The notes under the pieces are model-generated. The model was not told the origin of the DNA. It made no database searches and saw only the letters and a program-made list of their open reading frames with translations. Position numbers and translations under genes: made by a program. A DNA stretch of 64,000 nucleotides from a bacterium (GTDB lineage Bacteria; Pseudomonadota; Alphaproteobacteria; Rickettsiales; RI-342). Within the stretch, counting starts at the first letter, position 1, and each line of letters opens with the position of its first letter. Location: NCBI GenBank assembly GCA_016124905.1, contig WGMV01000026.1:5681-69680 (forward strand), read 5' to 3'. Of the stretch, positions 55,125 to 64,000 are shown piece by piece.

Positions 55125-58100
55125 AGCCGCGTAAACCAAAAGACGGTTTCGGCAAGGACAGGCCTTTCAAGGACAAAGGTTTTGGAGAGAAACGCGGCGG
55201 GTTTGGCGGCGGCCGCAAATTCGGCGATAAACCTTCCCGTTCTGGTGGCGGCCGCGGCTTCCGCGATGACCGGTTCAAGCCTGCTTCCGTGCCGGAAGTG
55301 TTTATTGTTGAGATAACCTCCATTGACGATCAGGGCGATATCATCGGTCAGCCGGTTCAGCCGGTGGCGGTGGAGCATGTGCTGCTGATTGCGCGGCCCG
55401 GCCACAGCATCGACGCCACGCTGGGCGACCATGTGCTGGTGAAGCTGGAGCGGCTGGAAGAAGGCCAGGCGGTCGCGACCATGATGCGCATTCTGCCGCG
55501 CCATCGCAGCGGCAGCATGGTGGGCGTGCTGGAGAAGGATGCCGATGGATGGCAGTTCCGCCCGAGCGGCCGGGAAGATTATGACATGTACCCCGTCGCC
55601 AAACCGTATGATGCGGACTGGGAACATGGGCAGATGGTGCGAGTGACCACGGGCGGCGCGGCGCGTGAGCGCTGGAGCCGTTACAACGCGCCGGAAGTCA
55701 AGGTGGTGGAGATATTGGCCGCCGATGCCAGCCGCGTGAGCCTTTTAAGCGTGCATGGGCACCATATCCCGATGGAGTTCAGCCCCGAGACGCTGAAGGA
55801 ATGCAAAAAACTGAAAGACCCGGTGCCCTCCCCCAACCGTACCGATTTGCGTGAGTTGCCGCTGGTGACGATTGACGGTGAGGATGCACGGGATTTCGAT
55901 GATGCCGTCTATGCCGAAAGGCTGGATAATGAATCAGGCCGCGCATGGCGGCTGATGGTAGCGATTGCCGATGTGGCGCATTATGTGCGGCACGGCACGG
56001 CGCTGGATGACGATGCGTTTGAGCGCGGCAATTCGGTCTATTTCCCCGACCGCGTGGTGCCGATGCTGCCGGAGCGGCTTTCCAACGACCTGTGCTCACT
56101 GCGCCCCGATGAGGACCGCTATTGCATGGCCATGGAAATGTGGCTGGACAAAACGGGAGCGCTGGTGGATTACCGGCTGCACCGTGCCATCATGCGCTCC
56201 CATGCGCGGCTGACCTATAACCAGGTGCAGGCAGCCATTGACGGCAAGCCGGATAAGCAGACCAAGCCGCTGCTGAAGACGGTGATTGAGCCATTATACG
56301 AAGTCTATCACCTGCTGGCGAAGCAGCGCGACGAGCGCGGGGCGCTGGAGATCGACAGCATCGAATACAAGGTGGATATCAGCGATACGGGCGAAGTGGC
56401 GGCCATTTATCCACGCCCGCGCTTTGAAAGCCATAAGCTGATCGAGGAATTCATGATCCTCGCCAACGTGGCGGCGGCGCGGCTGGTGCAGCGCGTGCGC
56501 ATGCCGGGGCTTTACCGCAACCATGAAACGCCCTCGAAGGAAAAATCATTCGAGCTGCGCGATTATGTGAAGACGCTCGGGCTGGATATCCATATCGGCC
56601 CGAATATCAGCGCCAAGAATTTCAACGCGCTGCTGCATAAGGTGCGCGGCGAGCCCATCGCCCCCATGGTGAACCAGGCGGTGCTGCGCAGCCAGATGCA
56701 GGCGTTCTACGGACCGGAGCGAGTCGGGCATTTCGGGCTGGCGCTGAAGGATTATGCGCATTTCACCTCCCCCATCCGCCGTTACAGTGATCTGATCATC
56801 CACCGTGCATTGATTGCGGGGCTTCATCTGGGCGATGAAGGATTGAGCGCGGCGGAGACCAAGCGCATGGCCTCCATCGGCGAGCATATCTCCCTGACCG
56901 AGCGCCGCGCCATGACGGCCGAGCGCGAGGCGAAGGAACGTTATGCCATCATGTATCTGGCCAACCAGGTTGGCGAGGAAATGGAAGGGATGGTGTCGGG
57001 CTTTTCGCGCTCCGGCATGTTCGTGACGTTAAAGGATACGGGCGTGGACGGGTATATCCCGCTGGCCAGCCTGAACACGGATTTCTTTGTCATCAATGAG
57101 CGCAGCAAGACGGCGCGCGGACGCAATACGGGCAAGACCATCTCGCTTGGCGATAAGATGCGCGTGCGGCTGGAAGAGGCCAACAGCATCCAGAAGCGCC
57201 TGCGCCTGACATGGCTGGACGGCACGCGTGAAGATGGCGGCAGCACCGGCAAGCGTGAATTCCGCGGGCGTGAGGATCGTGGCGGGCGTGGCGCACCGCG
57301 TGGCGACAGGCCTTCCTTCCGTGATAAACCGCGCGAAGGCGGCTTCAAACGCCGTGAGGATGGCGAACGCCCGGCCTTCAAAAAACCGTGGGAAGAACGC
57401 CCTGCCCGCCAGGATGATGTATTGCCTGAGAAACGCGATGCAAAGCCTTGGGATAAAAAAGATAAACCATTCAAGTCACGTGATAATTTCAAGTCGCGCG
57501 GCGAAGGTGATTTTAAGCCGCGCCGCCGCGATGAGGATGAGCGTCCCGCAAGGGCTTATAAACCTCGGGAAGAAGGTGGCTTCAAGCCACGCGGGGAGCG
57601 TGGTAATGAAGGTGGTGAATTTCGCCCGCGCAAGCGATTTGAGGATGATCGCCCCGCCAGGGATGATAAAGGGTATCGCCCACGGCGCGATTATGGGGAT
57701 GAACGCCCGGTACGACGCGAGGACGGGGACAGGCCGCGCCGGAGCTGGCAGGACAAGCCACCGCGACAAGATGATGTATCGCCTGAAAAACGCGATGCAA
57801 AGCCTTGGGATAAAAAAGATAAACCATTCAAGTCACGTGATAATTTCAAGCCGCGCGGTGAAGGCGACTTCAAACCGCGCCGCCGCGATGAGGATGAGCG
57901 CCCTGCCAGGGCCTTTAAGCCTCGGGAAGAAGGCGGTTTCAAGCCGCGCAGGGAACGCGGCGATGAGGGCGGCGAATTCCGCCCGCGTAAGCGCTTTGAT
58001 GGCGACCGCCCTGCCGGGGATGACAGGGGCTACCGACCTCGCCGTGAAGATGGCGAACGGCCGCGACGCCCGGAAGGCGACGAACGCCCTGCCCGCCGGA

Positions 58101-58393
58101 AATGGACAGAGAAACCCCGTGAAGAAGGCAGTTTTACGCCGCGCCGAGAGCGCAGCGACGAGGGCGGCGAATTCCGCCCGCGCAAGCGTTTTGATGGCGA
58201 CCGCCCGGCCAGGGACGGAGACAGGCCGCCACGCAGGCGGGACGACGCCCCGCGAGAGGAAGCCCGCCCACGCAAGCCGCGCGGTGAATTCAATGATTCC
58301 GGTAAAAAGCCCTTCAAGGGAAAGAGCCGCGACGGCGGGGGCGCAGGCGCACCATCGGCCAAGCGCGGCGGCGGGCGGCCTAAAAAAAGGTGA
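55121..58393 (+). CDS. rnr: ribonuclease R with Gly/Arg-rich N-terminus and ~370-aa repetitive basic C-terminal tail
   Basis: RNB core (DGEDARDFDDAV, PMLPE, HFGL, YAHFTSPIRRYSDL), S1 domain, then an R/K/D/E/P/G-rich tail. ATGA overlap with the topA stop. Confidence 0.93.
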   Translation: MKPRKPKDGFGKDRPFKDKGFGEKRGGFGGGRKFGDKPSRSGGGRGFRDDRFKPASVPEVFIVEITSIDDQGDIIGQPVQPVAVEHVLLIARPGHSIDATLGDHVLVKLERLEEGQAVATMMRILPRHRSGSMVGVLEKDADGWQFRPSGREDYDMYPVAKPYDADWEHGQMVRVTTGGAARERWSRYNAPEVKVVEILAADASRVSLLSVHGHHIPMEFSPETLKECKKLKDPVPSPNRTDLRELPLVTIDGEDARDFDDAVYAERLDNESGRAWRLMVAIADVAHYVRHGTALDDDAFERGNSVYFPDRVVPMLPERLSNDLCSLRPDEDRYCMAMEMWLDKTGALVDYRLHRAIMRSHARLTYNQVQAAIDGKPDKQTKPLLKTVIEPLYEVYHLLAKQRDERGALEIDSIEYKVDISDTGEVAAIYPRPRFESHKLIEEFMILANVAAARLVQRVRMPGLYRNHETPSKEKSFELRDYVKTLGLDIHIGPNISAKNFNALLHKVRGEPIAPMVNQAVLRSQMQAFYGPERVGHFGLALKDYAHFTSPIRRYSDLIIHRALIAGLHLGDEGLSAAETKRMASIGEHISLTERRAMTAEREAKERYAIMYLANQVGEEMEGMVSGFSRSGMFVTLKDTGVDGYIPLASLNTDFFVINERSKTARGRNTGKTISLGDKMRVRLEEANSIQKRLRLTWLDGTREDGGSTGKREFRGREDRGGRGAPRGDRPSFRDKPREGGFKRREDGERPAFKKPWEERPARQDDVLPEKRDAKPWDKKDKPFKSRDNFKSRGEGDFKPRRRDEDERPARAYKPREEGGFKPRGERGNEGGEFRPRKRFEDDRPARDDKGYRPRRDYGDERPVRREDGDRPRRSWQDKPPRQDDVSPEKRDAKPWDKKDKPFKSRDNFKPRGEGDFKPRRRDEDERPARAFKPREEGGFKPRRERGDEGGEFRPRKRFDGDRPAGDDRGYRPRREDGERPRRPEGDERPARRKWTEKPREEGSFTPRRERSDEGGEFRPRKRFDGDRPARDGDRPPRRRDDAPREEARPRKPRGEFNDSGKKPFKGKSRDGGGAGAPSAKRGGGRPKKR
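57411..58124 (+). repeat. in-frame 357-bp tandem duplication (2 copies) inside the rnr tail, with a third partial sub-repeat following
   Basis: Copy 1 starts at 57411 and copy 2 at 57768. A 62-bp block is identical in both (57432-57493 = 57789-57850). The protein repeat reads RQDDV.PEKRDAKPWDKKDKPFKSRDNFK.RGEGDFKPRRRDEDERPARA.KPREEGGFKPR. Confidence 0.85.
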
Positions 58394-58424
58394 TGGGCAT
58401 GGTTCAATCTGGTAGGTTGCGCAC

Positions 58425-58967
58425 ATGGCTTATGTAGACGACATGCTTTTGCCCGGCGAAACGGTGAGTTACCGTGCGCGCATCAGCGCCATCATCTATC
58501 TGCCGGGCATCTGCTGGTGCGCTGTGGGGATGCTGGCCGCGAAATTTTTGCCGACCTGGGGTTTCCATTTTGGCGGCTTCTATCAACTTAAACGGCTCAT
58601 TGGTTTCAGCGGGGCATTTCATCTGGATGAGGTGAACAATGCCATTGCGCTGGTGTGTTTTATCATCGGGGCGGTGCTGGTTATTCGGGGCATGGTGCAG
58701 GCGCTTTCCACGGAGCTGGCCATCACCAACCAGCGCGTGCTGGCAAAGTTCGGCATCACCAATATTGTGACGACGGAACTGGATCGCCGCAAGATCGCCG
58801 GGGTGATCATCGAACAGAGCATCAACGGGCGCATGTTCAATTACGGCAACATCAATCTGCGTGGTTACATGGGCAATATTTCGCCACATCTGCCTATCAG
58901 CAAACCGTTTGATTTTCAGAAGGCGGTGAATGAGCGCATCCGCCCGTTATCTTTTGAAAATAAATAG
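58425..58967 (+). CDS. membrane protein with bacterial PH (bPH_2/YdbS-like) domain
   Basis: Two TM helices followed by TELAITNQRVLAKFGI...IEQSINGRMFNYGNINL. Confidence 0.65.
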   Translation: MAYVDDMLLPGETVSYRARISAIIYLPGICWCAVGMLAAKFLPTWGFHFGGFYQLKRLIGFSGAFHLDEVNNAIALVCFIIGAVLVIRGMVQALSTELAITNQRVLAKFGITNIVTTELDRRKIAGVIIEQSINGRMFNYGNINLRGYMGNISPHLPISKPFDFQKAVNERIRPLSFENK

Positions 58968-58975
58968 CAATCGGC

Positions 58976-59010
58976 GGTTAGTTACAATTTTAGTAAAATT
59001 GTAACTAACC
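58976..59010. repeat. perfect 35-bp palindrome (17-bp arms, 1-nt centre)
   Basis: GGTTAGTTACAATTTTA-G-TAAAATTGTAACTAACC. Lies between the convergent PH-domain gene and rseP. Confidence 0.9.
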
Positions 59011-59018
59011 ATTCGAGG

Positions 59019-60131
59019 TTAGGATTTCACTAGGTTGGCGATGTCGTTGTAGGTGGTGAAGAGCATCAGCGAAATCACCAGCGCGAAACCGGCTTTGAAG
59101 AAGACTTCCTGAAGTTTTTCCGGCACGGGACGGCGTAGCAGCCCCTCCACGGCATAGAAAAACAGATGGCCGCCATCCAGCACGGGAATGGGGAAAAGAT
59201 TCACCAACCCGAGATTGACCGAAAGCATGGCCATGAACCAGAGCACGGTGAGCCACCCCTGCGACATGGACTGGCCGGAATATTGCGCGATCTTGATCGG
59301 GCCGCCCAGTTCGTCCACGCTGCGCTGGCCGACGAGGATCTGCTTCAGGGCTTTGAGCGTATCCACGCACATGTTCCAGATTTCCTTCACGGCCTCCGGC
59401 AGGGCCTGCAGGAAGGGCATTTTCTCATAGACCACATCGTTGGCGGCCACGCCGATCATGCCGAGCTTTACTTTGTTGCCGAGTGCGTCGGTGGTTTCCT
59501 GCATCTTGGGCGTGAGGGTGATTTCGATCTTTTTGCCTTCGCGCTCGATTACCAGCGGCAGAGGTTCCGCCGGGTGGATGCGCACAATGCGCTGAAGCTC
59601 GGCGAATTTGGTGACGGGCTCGCCATCCACCATGGTGATGCGGTCCCCTGGGAGGATGCCGGCAGCTTCGGCCGCGCCGCCCTTTACCAGGCTGGAGACG
59701 ACCGACGGCGTGGTGGGGTGACCAAGAAAGGCGAAAAAACCCCAGAGAATAACAGTGGCCAGCAGAAAGTTGGCGGCGGGGCCGGCGGCCACGATGGCCG
59801 CGCGCTTGTGTAGGGGCTTGAAGGGGAATGCCTGGGCCTTGTCTTCCTCGCTCATGGCGGCGACGGCATCTTTATCCGTGCGGCTGGAGGCATCGGCATC
59901 GCCAAACATCTTCACGAAGCCGCCCATGGGCAGCCAGGCTATTTTCCAGCGCGTGCCGCGCTTATCCGTCCAGCCGAAGAGCTCGCGGCCGAAGCCGATG
60001 GAAAATTGCTCGATTTTCACGCCGCAGAGACGGGCGACATAATAATGGCCGAATTCGTGAATGAACACGATGACCGAAATGATCAGAAAAAACGCGAAAG
60101 CGTAATGAAGGCCATGCAGGATTGTATCCAT
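59019..60131 (-). CDS. rseP: RIP zinc metalloprotease RseP (M50)
   Basis: HEFGHYYVARLCGV (HExxH), PDZ region, and C-terminal NLFPIPVLDGG. Confidence 0.93.
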   Translation of the reverse strand: MDTILHGLHYAFAFFLIISVIVFIHEFGHYYVARLCGVKIEQFSIGFGRELFGWTDKRGTRWKIAWLPMGGFVKMFGDADASSRTDKDAVAAMSEEDKAQAFPFKPLHKRAAIVAAGPAANFLLATVILWGFFAFLGHPTTPSVVSSLVKGGAAEAAGILPGDRITMVDGEPVTKFAELQRIVRIHPAEPLPLVIEREGKKIEITLTPKMQETTDALGNKVKLGMIGVAANDVVYEKMPFLQALPEAVKEIWNMCVDTLKALKQILVGQRSVDELGGPIKIAQYSGQSMSQGWLTVLWFMAMLSVNLGLVNLFPIPVLDGGHLFFYAVEGLLRRPVPEKLQEVFFKAGFALVISLMLFTTYNDIANLVKS

Positions 60132-60135
60132 GATA

Positions 60136-61350
60136 TCAAGCCACTATTCGTTGTTTTTGAAGCAGTTGCTCAACCCATCCACGGGCTTGTGCGTCCAGCT
60201 CGCAGGCTGCTTCAATGGTATCTGGCGAGGTGGATTCTACCCCATCCAGACATGAACTCACAAGTGAAGGAATGTCCATAAATCCGGTGCGGCCTTTCAG
60301 GAAGGCATCCACGGCCACCTCGTTGGCGGCATTGAGCACGCAGGTGGCGCCGCCGCCCGCTTCCATGGCCTGACGCGCCAGCCCAAGGCAGGGGAAGCGG
60401 TCATTGTCCACATGTTCGAAATTCAGGGAGCCAAGCGTGGCGAGATCCAGCTGCGGACTGGCATAGGGTATGCGATGCGGCCAGGAAAGTGCCTGGCTGA
60501 TGGGTACGCGCATGTCCGGGCAGGCAAGCTGGGCGAGCGTGCTGCCGTCCCGATAGGAGGCAAAGGCGTGGATGGTGGATTCCGGGTGCACCAGCACATC
60601 CAGTTGGGCGGAGGAAAGGCCGAAAAGCAGCCCGGCTTCGATGATCTCCAGCCCCTTGTTCATCAGCGTGGCGGAATCCACCGAAATTTTGGCGCCCATG
60701 GGCCAGTTGGGGTGTTTGACGGCCTGTTCCGGCGTGGCCGCCATGAGCTGATTTTTGCTCCAGGTGCGAAACGGGCCGCCAGAGGCCGTTAGCGTAACCC
60801 GGGCCAGCTGGGCGCGGTGGCTTTCGCACCATATCTGGAAAAGGCCGTTATGCTCGGAATCCACCGGGAGAAGAAAAGTGCCGTGTTTCCTGACGGCATG
60901 GGCGACGACATCGCCTGCTGCAACGAGGCATTCCTTGTTGGCAAGCGCCACGACGGCGCCCTGTTCTATTGCGGCCAGCGTAGGGGCCAGACCGGCAAAG
61001 CCGGTGATGCCCGCCACGGCAATGTCGCATGGCATGCGGGCGGCCTCCAGCACGGCCTGCTGGCCAGCGGCGCAGGCGATGCCGGTGCCTTCCAGCAGTT
61101 GACGAAGCTGGGGAAGCTCGGATTCATCGGCCAGCACGGCCATGGATGCCTGGTGCTGTTTGGCCTGTTCGGCCAGTAGCGCGGCGTTGCGGTGGGCAAC
61201 CAGGGCGATGACGGAGAAATTCTCCTTATTCTCACCGATGAGCGACAGGGTGTTCTTGCCGATGGAACCGGTGGAACCCAGCACCGTGATGCGGCGGTGC
61301 ATGCGGGTGTTCCATTTTTCCTGATGGATGTCGTTCGGCAGCAGGTTCAT
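60136..61350 (-). CDS. dxr: 1-deoxy-D-xylulose-5-phosphate reductoisomerase
   Basis: RITVLGSTGSIGKNTL and the rest of the Dxr core. The start is either the ATG at 61350 (ATGA overlap with the cdsA stop) or the ATG at 61302. The ORF-track start at 61587 lies inside cdsA. Confidence 0.9.
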   Translation of the reverse strand: MNLLPNDIHQEKWNTRMHRRITVLGSTGSIGKNTLSLIGENKENFSVIALVAHRNAALLAEQAKQHQASMAVLADESELPQLRQLLEGTGIACAAGQQAVLEAARMPCDIAVAGITGFAGLAPTLAAIEQGAVVALANKECLVAAGDVVAHAVRKHGTFLLPVDSEHNGLFQIWCESHRAQLARVTLTASGGPFRTWSKNQLMAATPEQAVKHPNWPMGAKISVDSATLMNKGLEIIEAGLLFGLSSAQLDVLVHPESTIHAFASYRDGSTLAQLACPDMRVPISQALSWPHRIPYASPQLDLATLGSLNFEHVDNDRFPCLGLARQAMEAGGGATCVLNAANEVAVDAFLKGRTGFMDIPSLVSSCLDGVESTSPDTIEAACELDAQARGWVEQLLQKQRIVA

Positions 61351-62138
61351 GCGGCCCACCACGAAAAACCATCTACCAGCCAGAGCAGCACCAGCATGGC
61401 GGGGCCGGCGGCGAGAAGGCCATCGAGCCTGTCCAGCAGTCCGCCATGGCCAGGGATGATGTGGCCGCTGTCCTTTTTGTTCAGCAGGCGTTTGAATTTG
61501 GATTCCAGCAGATCGCCCGCTTGGGAAGCCATGGAAACCAGCAGGCTGATGGCGATGACCTGCACGGTGTATTCCGGCAGCCAGCAATGGGCCACGCCGA
61601 TGCCGACCATGCCCGCCATGGCCGTGCCGCCCATGGCGCCGGAGACGGTTTTGCCGGGACTGATGGCGGGCGCCAGCTTGGGGCCCTGAAGGGTTTTGCC
61701 GAAGGCATAACCGCCGATATCACTCGCCCAGACAATGCCCATGAGCCAGAGAAAATACCAGGGAACGGGGCTGACATGCACCAGCCAGATAAGCGGCATG
61801 ACGCCCGCGGAAAGGTAGGCGATGCCGAGCAGTGTCCAGCCGCTTACCATGTGTTTTTTCATCAGCAGGGCCAGCGTCAACAGCGTGATGCCCAGCATGG
61901 TAAAGGCCGGTATGGGAAAACCGAGGGACAAGGTGATCCAAGCCAGCGCGGTGGGTAACAGGCTCCAGAGACGTTCTGCCTTGGGAATTTCCGTCAGATC
62001 CTGCCACTCCCTCAGCATAGCAAGGCCGAGAAGCAGCGCGAGTATCATGACCACGGAGCCGCCCATCGAGAGAAGCCATATAGCCAGCGGCATCAGCACA
62101 GCGGTGGAAATAAGCCGTTTTTTGAATTCCGGTTTCAT
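61347..62138 (-). CDS. cdsA: phosphatidate cytidylyltransferase
   Basis: Multi-TM protein with the C-terminal SxxKRxxxxKDxxxxxPGHGGxxDRxD signature (SKFKRLLNKKDSGHIIPGHGGLLDRLD). Confidence 0.92.
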   Translation of the reverse strand: MKPEFKKRLISTAVLMPLAIWLLSMGGSVVMILALLLGLAMLREWQDLTEIPKAERLWSLLPTALAWITLSLGFPIPAFTMLGITLLTLALLMKKHMVSGWTLLGIAYLSAGVMPLIWLVHVSPVPWYFLWLMGIVWASDIGGYAFGKTLQGPKLAPAISPGKTVSGAMGGTAMAGMVGIGVAHCWLPEYTVQVIAISLLVSMASQAGDLLESKFKRLLNKKDSGHIIPGHGGLLDRLDGLLAAGPAMLVLLWLVDGFSWWAA

Positions 62139-62971
62139 CAGGCGGCTTCCTCCACACGGCCGAAACGACGCTGGCGGCTTTGAAAGGCGCGGATGGCCTT
62201 GTCCAGTTCCGTGCCATTGAAATCAGGCCACAGGGTATCGGTGAAATAGAGCTCCCCGTAGCTGGCCTGCCAGAGCAGGAAGTTGCTGATGCGGAAATCC
62301 CCGCCGGTGCGGATGAGCAGGTCGGGGTCCGGCACGTTGGGGGCATAGAGGCTGGCGGTGAGTGTTTCTTCCGTTATCCCATCGGGGGAGAGCTCGCCTT
62401 TTTTCACACGCGCGGCGAGCGAGCGGGCGGCATCGACAATTTCCTGCCTGCCGCCATAGCTCAGGGCCACCTGAACATGGATGGCCGTGTTTGAAGCGGT
62501 CTTTTTTTCCAGCGCGGCGAGTTTGTTTTGCGTAAGCTGCGGCAGGCGGCCGCGCTGGCCGATGATGGTGAGTTTGACGCCTTCGCGGTGGAGGCGCTCG
62601 GCCTCGCTGTCCAGGTATTCGCTGAGGAGGTTCATCAGCTCGTCCACCTCTTCACGCGGGCGCTGCCAGTTTTCGGTGGAAAAGGCATAGACCGTGAGGT
62701 GGGCGATGCCGACACGGGCGGCATGCTCGATGAGGTTGCTCAGGGCATCCGCCCCCTTGCGGTGGCCGAGCGTGCGCGGCATGCCGCGCTGCCTTGCCCA
62801 GCGGCCGTTACCATCCATGATGATGGCCACATGGACGGGCACCAGGCTGCCCTGCTCTTCCCGATCAGGCAGAAAGGATTTTGCCCATGCGCGCAGCCCA
62901 CCCCTGCGGCCAGCGGCAGGCGCGGATGGCTTCAGCAATGTGGTGGTTGCGGGCACCGGCAGATCCAGCAT
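62138..62971 (-). CDS. uppS: undecaprenyl-diphosphate synthase (cis-prenyltransferase)
   Basis: HVAIIMDGNGRWA, TVYAFSTENWQRP, RTGGDFRISNFLLWQ. The ATG at 62971 overlaps the frr stop by 1 nt, with a TTG at 62974 as the alternative. About 25 extra N-terminal residues. Confidence 0.9.
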   Translation of the reverse strand: MLDLPVPATTTLLKPSAPAAGRRGGLRAWAKSFLPDREEQGSLVPVHVAIIMDGNGRWARQRGMPRTLGHRKGADALSNLIEHAARVGIAHLTVYAFSTENWQRPREEVDELMNLLSEYLDSEAERLHREGVKLTIIGQRGRLPQLTQNKLAALEKKTASNTAIHVQVALSYGGRQEIVDAARSLAARVKKGELSPDGITEETLTASLYAPNVPDPDLLIRTGGDFRISNFLLWQASYGELYFTDTLWPDFNGTELDKAIRAFQSRQRRFGRVEEAA

Positions 62972-63525
62972 CAAACCTGAAGGATCTCTTTCTCTTTGAC
63001 CTTCAGATGCTCGTCGATCTGGGAAATATGCTTGTCCGTTTCGGTTTGCACCTTGTCGGATTCGCCCTTGGCGGCGTCTTCGGAAAGTTTGCCGTCCTTT
63101 TGGAGCTTCTTGACGTTTTCCATGCCGTCGCGGCGGACGTTGCGCACGGCTACGCGGGCGTTCTCGGCATATTTATGGGCGATTTTCACCAGCTCCTTGC
63201 GGCGTTCCTCGCTGAGATCGGGCAGAGGGACGCGGATAAGCTGGCCATCGGCCTGCGGGTTGAGGCCGAGCCCGGCATTGGCGATGGCTTTTTCCACCGC
63301 TTTCACGTTGCCCTTGTCCCACACCTGAACGGTGAGCAGGCGAGCTTCCGGCGCGCCGACAGTGCCGACCTGGCCGATGGGCATGTGGCTGCCATAGACT
63401 TCCACCTGAACATGGTCGAGCATGTTGGTGGAGGCGCGGTTGGTGCGGAGCCCGGCCAGTTCGTGCTTGAAGGACGCAACCGCGCCTTCCATGCGTTTTT
63501 TCACTTCGTTGAGATCGAAGACCAT
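62971..63525 (-). CDS. frr: ribosome recycling factor
   Basis: 184 aa. [21 protein letters not shown]...[11 protein letters not shown]...RNVRRDG. Confidence 0.95.
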   Translation of the reverse strand: MVFDLNEVKKRMEGAVASFKHELAGLRTNRASTNMLDHVQVEVYGSHMPIGQVGTVGAPEARLLTVQVWDKGNVKAVEKAIANAGLGLNPQADGQLIRVPLPDLSEERRKELVKIAHKYAENARVAVRNVRRDGMENVKKLQKDGKLSEDAAKGESDKVQTETDKHISQIDEHLKVKEKEILQV

Positions 63526-63542
63526 GATTTTCTCCTTTTTCT

Positions 63543-64000
63543 TTATTCGTAGATTTTGGTGTAGCGGCCGGTGCCTTTGATGGCGGCGGCAAAGCAGCCT
63601 TCATCCTGAATGGAGGTGACGAGGATGGGCATTTTATTTTCACGCGAAAGCGCGATGGCGGATGCGTCCATCACCTTCAGATGCTTGGCCAGCACTTCGG
63701 TATAGCTCAGGCTGTCATAACGGGTGGCGGCGGGGTTCTTTTTGGGGTCGTCGGTATAGACGCCGTCCACCTGGGTGCCTTTGATGAGGGCATCGCAGCC
63801 GAGCTCAATGGCGCGCAGCGCCGCGGCGGTGTCGGTGGTGAAGAAGGGATTGCCGGTGCCGGCGGCGCAGATGACCACGCGGCCGTGCTCCAGATGGCGG
63901 ATGGCGCGGCGGCGGATATAGGGCTCGCACACCGAGACCATGGTGATGGCGGACAGCACGCGCGTATCCACGCCCATATTCTCCAGCGCGGCCTGTAGGG
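63543..64000 (-). CDS. pyrH: UMP kinase, C-terminal part (5' end beyond the window)
   Basis: The frame stays open to nt 64000 (…[14 protein letters not shown]…). [24 protein letters not shown] and GVYTDDP motifs. Confidence 0.92.
   Translation of the reverse strand, partial: LQAALENMGVDTRVLSAITMVSVCEPYIRRRAIRHLEHGRVVICAAGTGNPFFTTDTAAALRAIELGCDALIKGTQVDGVYTDDPKKNPAATRYDSLSYTEVLAKHLKVMDASAIALSRENKMPILVTSIQDEGCFAAAIKGTGRYTKIYE

Noticed and set aside
57228-58415. 395-aa alternative plus-frame ORF and several minus-strand ORFs over the rnr tail
   Set aside because: The purine-rich repetitive tail lacks stops in several frames. The rnr frame is continuous with the RNB/S1 core, so these are by-products.

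Overview
High-GC chromosomal segment (roughly 55-60% G+C by eye) that looks alphaproteobacterial. The indicators are an ALAS-type hemA and three conserved gene blocks: ihfB-sppA-rpsA-cmk/aroA, dprA-topA-rnr, and pyrH-frr-uppS-cdsA-dxr-rseP. I call about 60 protein genes and one tRNA-Lys(UUU). I see no rRNA, CRISPR array, transposase, integrase or recognisable canonical defence system. Most of the window is tightly packed housekeeping, with many ATGA/GTGA start-stop overlaps and several convergent gene pairs whose stop codons overlap. There are four non-housekeeping pockets. (i) 1.2-9.2 kb lies downstream of a tRNA-Lys whose last 27 nt are duplicated 67 bp later; it holds a Cys-less redoxin/2OG-oxygenase fusion, a GNAT, a MacA-MacB-NodT exporter, a TPR protein and a lipoprotein with a textbook sigma-54 promoter. 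(ii) 14.7-21.1 kb is a minus-strand gene string: a 1458-aa extremely acidic, Cys- and Lys-poor ORFan, a DUF2336-like protein, a 72-aa protein and a DUF2335-like membrane protein. This is my best candidate for an undescribed system, but its function is unknown. (iii) 37.9-40.1 kb is an orphan RecA-fold (AAA_25/RepA-like) ATPase with an unrecognised ~300-aa N-domain and a ~140-aa Pro/Ala tail. (iv) 43.6-46.1 kb holds ORFans, including a 60-aa ORF with a perfect Shine-Dalgarno sequence. Other notable features are two families of small structured intergenic repeats (one MITE-like with CGTCATTCC termini, one multi-hairpin 3'-UTR mosaic with compensatory stem changes), an aroA-cmk fusion, a MaoC-Pta fusion next to ackA and a second fabI, and an RNase R carrying a 357-bp tandem duplication in a long basic tail. 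All functional calls come from reading motifs and gene order by eye. No database, HMM or folding computation was run, and start codons are often uncertain by a few codons.
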